A DNA stretch of 64,000 nucleotides, taken from a virus. Positions 59,789-64,000 of this stretch are shown in pieces (within the stretch, counting starts at the first letter, position 1; every line of letters starts with the position of its first letter). A program made the translations under genes and the position numbers. The notes under the pieces are model-generated. The model searched no databases. It saw nothing but the letters and a program-made list of their open reading frames with translations, and was not told where the DNA came from. Location: IMG/VR virus record IMGVR_UViG_3300017991_000004, positions 1 to 64,000 of that record; one strand, written 5' to 3'.

Positions 59789-59943
59789 AAGTATGCTCAA
59801 AAGAAAAATTTTTGGATTCGGCAACTTTTCAATGAAACCCGGACGGAAAGGCTCAAAGTCTAAACTGTCAAAGACAATCATTGTCTTGATAGGACCGCTG
59901 CCCTGCTCGAAGTGCAAACCTGCTGACCCATCAAGGAACTGAT

Positions 59944-60552
59944 ATGTTTTCAAACTATGACACCAAGTCGCACATCTCGGGACGACTCGGGGAAAAGTTC
60001 TGTTTGGATACTTTCGGAATTGCAGAGCCTCGGTTTGAGATTAAAAGCACAAGTGCCGACCACAGTTCTTTCGTCGTACAGGCAACCCAACTGCTTGACC
60101 AACTTTGGAAACAATATGTCGTAGTTAAATATCAGCGGTCTACCAAGGTTGTTAGCCGCGGAAAAAATAAAGGAAAAAGACGATATACTGAAACAATAAC
60201 TCAGGCATACCAACGAAAATTAGATGTCTACGTTTTACGCGGACACCGAATAATGCGAGGTATCCTTGACGAAGGATTAAAATGCTACTGCACGGCTCGG
60301 GGAGGTGACATACTCAAGTACGGCAAGTGGGGTATTGTGTGGAGAGTTCCCTATCGCGTATTACCCGACCAAGTCTTTGAGGAGACTGACCGATACAATC
60401 TTTTTGCATTTTCTGACGACCCTCCTGAATGGACTCAGGCGGCGGTGCATATTCAAGGTGGCCTATTCAGTGGCTCAAACAACGGGAAGTCTACGAAGAA
60501 AAAGACTGACTTGCCACAAGAGCCGGAGGAGAATGCTGATGTCCCCTTCTAG
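59944..60552 (+). CDS. Hypothetical protein (possible PD-(D/E)xK-like)
   Basis: G.LGE...FEIKS pattern; lower GC; C-terminal DVPF. Confidence 0.5.
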   Translation: MFSNYDTKSHISGRLGEKFCLDTFGIAEPRFEIKSTSADHSSFVVQATQLLDQLWKQYVVVKYQRSTKVVSRGKNKGKRRYTETITQAYQRKLDVYVLRGHRIMRGILDEGLKCYCTARGGDILKYGKWGIVWRVPYRVLPDQVFEETDRYNLFAFSDDPPEWTQAAVHIQGGLFSGSNNGKSTKKKTDLPQEPEENADVPF

Positions 60553-60716
60553 GGATTACCATGCACCGACTAAAAAGAGCACTACACGCTTGGTGGACCC
60601 GCCTTTGGTGCGACCATCTAGTATTGCGAAAAGCGTTGCCGCCTTTTAGACATAAATTAAAACCCGGCGAAGAGGAATGGGTATGCACACGATGCGGCGC
60701 TCGGCTGAAAAGATAG

Positions 60717-60734
60717 TCTGCTGGTACCAGCAGA
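60717..60734. repeat. 18-bp palindrome
   Basis: Exact copy, intergenic. Confidence 0.95.
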
Positions 60735-60805
60735 AAGGCCGCGCCCAACGAAGGCAGAAGAGAAGGTAACACTCGTTTCGCCTTGAATCAAGAAAGGGAT
60801 AACTC

Positions 60806-61045
60806 ATGAAAACGCTAATCGTTATCGAGTCAGCCGATGAGTTGATTCAGCTTGCCAATCCGAATCGGAACGAAGGGGACAAGAGGCCATTTCTACCACC
60901 GGCATCATCGAAGCTGGTTTTTGAGAATTGCCTTGGCCGGGTGACCCTCGAAGCGGAGGGATTTGTCCTGGCTAACCATGTTACGTCAGAGGATGTCATT
61001 CGGGCGCTGGTCAAGCACGTTGGATTCAAGATTCATATCACCTAA
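60806..61045 (+). CDS. Hypothetical protein
   Basis: 79-aa ORF with RBS. Confidence 0.55.
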   Translation: MKTLIVIESADELIQLANPNRNEGDKRPFLPPASSKLVFENCLGRVTLEAEGFVLANHVTSEDVIRALVKHVGFKIHIT

Positions 61046-61048
61046 CAG

Positions 61049-61261
61049 ATGATTGGGAGAGAATCAATGCTAGTGCAATTCTATTCAGGCGAAGGCCATG
61101 CGGCAATCTTCCACGACCGCAAGATGGTCGCCAATCTGCCTAGCTGCTCAGGTAGGGGAGATGCAGACGCAAGGCTGCGTCAACTTGGCTGGCGGCGACG
61201 GCAGAAATGGGTGGACACTGAATGGGGATGCGAAGCGAGGATTCGTAAGAACATTCTGTAG
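61049..61261 (+). CDS. Hypothetical protein
   Basis: ORF tiles the operon (probable start at MLVQF). Confidence 0.5.
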   Translation: MIGRESMLVQFYSGEGHAAIFHDRKMVANLPSCSGRGDADARLRQLGWRRRQKWVDTEWGCEARIRKNIL

Positions 61262-61281
61262 CACTAGACGGGAGGTGACTC

Positions 61282-61470
61282 ATGGTATTAGCGGGCGTGT
61301 GTGACAAGTGCGGCCAAGGATACAGGCCAGCGGACCGAGAACACTTGGAGCGCAATGTCGTCGCCAAGTGCTGCCACCATCTGATTTGTGATGAGTGCAT
61401 GGCGCTTGCCAGGCACGAGCACACGGGGATGGCCGCGTGGGACTGTCCCATCTGCTATCCCAACAGTTGA
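61282..61470 (+). CDS. Small RING/zinc-finger-like protein
   Basis: CDKC...CCHHLICDEC...CPIC; GGAGG RBS. Confidence 0.6.
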   Translation: MVLAGVCDKCGQGYRPADREHLERNVVAKCCHHLICDECMALARHEHTGMAAWDCPICYPNS

Positions 61471-61580
61471 AATGGAGAGTGACATGGTTACCTTTCTAAT
61501 TGGGTTTGCGGTTGGCATAGCGGTGTTCCGGTATGTCGTATTGCCAACCTGGGAAAGTCATTGTTGAGACGAGGTGATTC

Positions 61581-61730
61581 ATGGAAGAGGAAAGCAACTG
61601 CCAGCAGCCCTGTCACCCAGATGTCGGGTGCCCAGAATGTGCGGCCTACTGGAATCGCATGAGGGACGAGGGATATTGGGTCGATGGAGCGGGGTGGACG
61701 GAGAAGGCGAAACGTGAATGGCTCAAATGA
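61581..61730 (+). CDS. Small Cys/Trp-rich hypothetical protein (49 aa)
   Basis: GAGGTG RBS; MEEESNCQQPCHPDVGCPEC... Confidence 0.5.
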   Translation: MEEESNCQQPCHPDVGCPECAAYWNRMRDEGYWVDGAGWTEKAKREWLK

Positions 61731-61759
61731 GCGGCTTTGTCGCGGAAAGGATGTAAGTC

Positions 61760-61921
61760 ATGGAGAAAACAATCGACATCGTATTCGACGGACCCCCCGG
61801 ACCCGAAGCTGGGCGATTCGTTGAGGTAGAAGACGAAAATGGCAAGAGTATCAAAGTGGGGGAATGGGTTCAGCGCGATGACGGTTTCTGGGTATTGAGA
61901 ATCCCAAACGTGACAGTTTGA
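61760..61921 (+). CDS. Small hypothetical protein (53 aa)
   Basis: MEKTIDIVFDGPPGPEAGRFVEVEDENG..GEW; AAGGA RBS. Confidence 0.55.
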   Translation: MEKTIDIVFDGPPGPEAGRFVEVEDENGKSIKVGEWVQRDDGFWVLRIPNVTV

Positions 61922-62136
61922 TGGGGCTGATTATGAATCGCTGTAGAGACTGCAAGTGGGCAGATTTACCGAAGACGCCAACGGGTCGATTCAAGAAGAA
62001 CGACTACGGAGAGTGCACATTCGAAGTCAAGATGCCGCCGATTCCAGCCTGCCAAGAGAGAGTCATCGTGAGGAAGATGGCTATTTGGTGGAGCGATGAA
62101 TGGGAAGACGGGTGCCCGTGTTTTGAATCACTTTAG
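61918..62136 (+). CDS. Cys-rich hypothetical protein
   Basis: CRDCKW...GEC...CPCF. Confidence 0.55.
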   Translation: MMGLIMNRCRDCKWADLPKTPTGRFKKNDYGECTFEVKMPPIPACQERVIVRKMAIWWSDEWEDGCPCFESL

Positions 62137-62148
62137 TGGGAGTGGATT

Positions 62149-62334
62149 GTGAAAATCAAAACCGCAGATGGGCAGTGGTATATTTGCGAGATTCGTGGCG
62201 CATGCTTTATCACATGGGTCTCGAAGAAAGACAAGGAACGCGCCGCAGTCTTTCCGGCAAACAAGGTGGCCGATTGGATACGACTTCTTTCCGACTGGAC
62301 AGGGCTTAGTCTTGATGCCGATGTGATAGATTAG
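62149..62334 (+). CDS. Hypothetical protein
   Basis: GGAG RBS, GTG start. Confidence 0.5.
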   Translation: MKIKTADGQWYICEIRGACFITWVSKKDKERAAVFPANKVADWIRLLSDWTGLSLDADVID

Positions 62335-62346
62335 TGGAAGTGCATC

Positions 62347-62643
62347 ATGAACGACAAAATCCCTCAATACGTGATGGGAAACCCGGAGATGGAAAAGAAG
62401 CGCAACTTCCTCTGGGACAGGCGCGGTCAAATCCTTGACCGACTGAAGCCCATTGTCAAGGAGATTGTCGATAGCGGTATCCTCATGAAGGAGAACGCCG
62501 TCGAGGTGACTTTCAAGGTTGTTGTCAAGGACAGCCTGATTGGTGAGGCCGCTAGCTTTATGAAGTTTCCAGATTGGGACGGTCCAACTCCCAAGAGAAT
62601 CCACGTCGAGGAGGTAACTTTCAAAGTCCGATACTGCTTTTGA
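62347..62643 (+). CDS. Hypothetical protein
   Basis: 98-aa ORF. Confidence 0.55.
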   Translation: MNDKIPQYVMGNPEMEKKRNFLWDRRGQILDRLKPIVKEIVDSGILMKENAVEVTFKVVVKDSLIGEAASFMKFPDWDGPTPKRIHVEEVTFKVRYCF

Positions 62644-62688
62644 AGACACTTTAGCGAAACAGCAACCCGCAGCGCGGGAGGAGGAAGC

Positions 62689-63528
62689 ATGAGCACGGAT
62701 TATAGAGACGAGATGTATCAGAAAGCAATCGACACATGGAAAGAACGACACGGCTCCTTAGTGCGGACCCTTCGGCGCGCCAAAGAGGAACGCGCTGCCC
62801 TGGAGGCCGAGGTCGCCGCGCTGAAGATGGCCGTTGACGAAGCCAACGATTGGACAGAACTTGCCAAGGCCGAGCGCGACCGCGCCGTAGAAAGCTATCA
62901 TGCCGAAGCGGAGGAAGCAGACAGGCTTCGGGAAGGGCTTGCCGCACTGAAGGAGCATGAACGACAGACGCACGAAACGCTCGGGACAATTCTCGGCACC
63001 GACGACAGCCTGGAACAGAAGGCGAAGGCCCTCAAGGCCGAGCGCGACCGCTTGCGGGACTGGAAAGAATCGGCTATGGCCCTGGAAGCAACTTGGGACA
63101 TCCAAGCGGTGGGCAAGGCTCTTGGTGTGCCGTTGGGCGAGCCAATCCACCCTGCCGTCCTGCCGGGAATCATTCGCCTCCGCGAGGCCCTGGAGGAGAT
63201 AGATAAGCACAATCCACCGGGGCGGCACTCTTGCTTATCCCCGGCGATGTGCCACTGCCCCGGATGTATCGCCCGCCGCGCCCTGGCCGGGGAGGGGGTC
63301 GAAACGCGATTCAACAAGCGGAACCCCAAAATAGAGAAGCCCGACCTCGACCCCATCGACGTTGACTCGCTTCCTGAGGTAGACGAGCCCCGCGAGGCAA
63401 AGAAGCCCAAAATCAACCGTCCCATATTTCGATGTAATGAGTGCTTTTCAACATACGGGACAAATCCAGAATGTGAGAACTGTAGGCGGGCCAAGCACAA
63501 GCCCCACGAAACTGGCTCAAAACAGTAA
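62689..63528 (+). CDS. Coiled-coil hypothetical protein with Cys motifs
   Basis: GGAGGAGG RBS; LRE-type coiled coil, IARRAL, CNEC..CENC. Confidence 0.65.
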   Translation: MSTDYRDEMYQKAIDTWKERHGSLVRTLRRAKEERAALEAEVAALKMAVDEANDWTELAKAERDRAVESYHAEAEEADRLREGLAALKEHERQTHETLGTILGTDDSLEQKAKALKAERDRLRDWKESAMALEATWDIQAVGKALGVPLGEPIHPAVLPGIIRLREALEEIDKHNPPGRHSCLSPAMCHCPGCIARRALAGEGVETRFNKRNPKIEKPDLDPIDVDSLPEVDEPREAKKPKINRPIFRCNECFSTYGTNPECENCRRAKHKPHETGSKQ

Positions 63529-63537
63529 CTACCGTTA

Positions 63538-63555
63538 TCTGCTGGTACCAGCAGA
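63538..63555. repeat. 18-bp palindrome
   Basis: Exact copy between a stop and the next start; its end runs into the GAGGAG RBS. Confidence 0.95.
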
Positions 63556-63565
63556 GGAGATTGCC

Positions 63566-64000
63566 ATGTCCTTCGGAGAACAACGGAATCTGGAAGAAGT
63601 AACTCAGGAAGTTACTGAACAGACCCGCGCACACTTAATGTTTTTAATCCAACGCTTCGGACTCGAAGCGGCTAGAACAATGTTGCTAGACGTGCTGGCT
63701 CAACAACAAGCCATTATCAAAGAGTTCACTGCTGAACATCTTGCCGCCGAATTTCAACGCGACGCAGGAGATACTCCCACTGGGCCTACCCTTGACCAGT
63801 TCTTCGACAAGAAGTTCCTCGAGGCTTGGAGCGAGAGGTCATCCTTTACCTTTCCCGTCGGAACCAAAATTGACCAAACGCTGACGTCAGGTATCTACAT
63901 TCACCAACCCGATGGCAAGAATACTTTCGTACAAGTTGTACCCTACCACGACGCTGACCGCGCCCTTGAATTAGAGGCCGCACTGGAACAACTGCTCCGC
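63566..64000 (+). CDS. Partial hypothetical protein (MSFGEQRNLEEV...)
   Basis: GAGGAG RBS; frame open to the window end. Confidence 0.55.
   Translation, partial: MSFGEQRNLEEVTQEVTEQTRAHLMFLIQRFGLEAARTMLLDVLAQQQAIIKEFTAEHLAAEFQRDAGDTPTGPTLDQFFDKKFLEAWSERSSFTFPVGTKIDQTLTSGIYIHQPDGKNTFVQVVPYHDADRALELEAALEQLLR

Overview
64-kb segment of a large T4-like (contractile-tailed) bacteriophage genome. The host is probably bacterial (NAD-dependent ligase, beta-clamp-like gene, sigma70-type promoters, GGAGG RBSs). Positions ~1-49.3 kb are one minus-strand morphogenesis block, in transcription order: two giant head-region proteins (2118 and 1929 aa) flanking a ParB-like gene, a 1078-aa prohead protease/scaffold, major capsid protein, neck genes, two collagen-like fibres with a glycosyltransferase/methyltransferase cluster, a 1202-aa sheath, tube, tape measure and baseplate genes. 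Positions 49.5-64 kb hold a clamp-like gene, a ligase, an HNH gene and many small early-type ORFs diverging from a control region at ~57.8-59.1 kb. No portal, terminase, tRNA or CRISPR array was recognised. Main unexplained signals: (1) a perfect 18-bp palindrome TCTGCTGGTACCAGCAGA (14 exact + 4 near copies), mostly just after stop codons but also in-frame inside genes, one copy directly upstream of the ParB-like gene; (2) a second dispersed motif GCAATCGCTTGC (6 copies); (3) three giant proteins built as strings of small modules separated by T4 gp21-type L/I/V-x-E cleavage motifs, i.e. candidate capsid-packaged polyproteins including an AAA ATPase; (4) a hidden gp51-like frame reachable by a +1 shift at TTT-TTT-CGT; (5) a candidate virion-fibre glycosylation locus; (6) a structured leader/sRNA at 49.3-49.4 kb. 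All family calls come from motif recognition by eye; no database searches were run and motif counts are manual.
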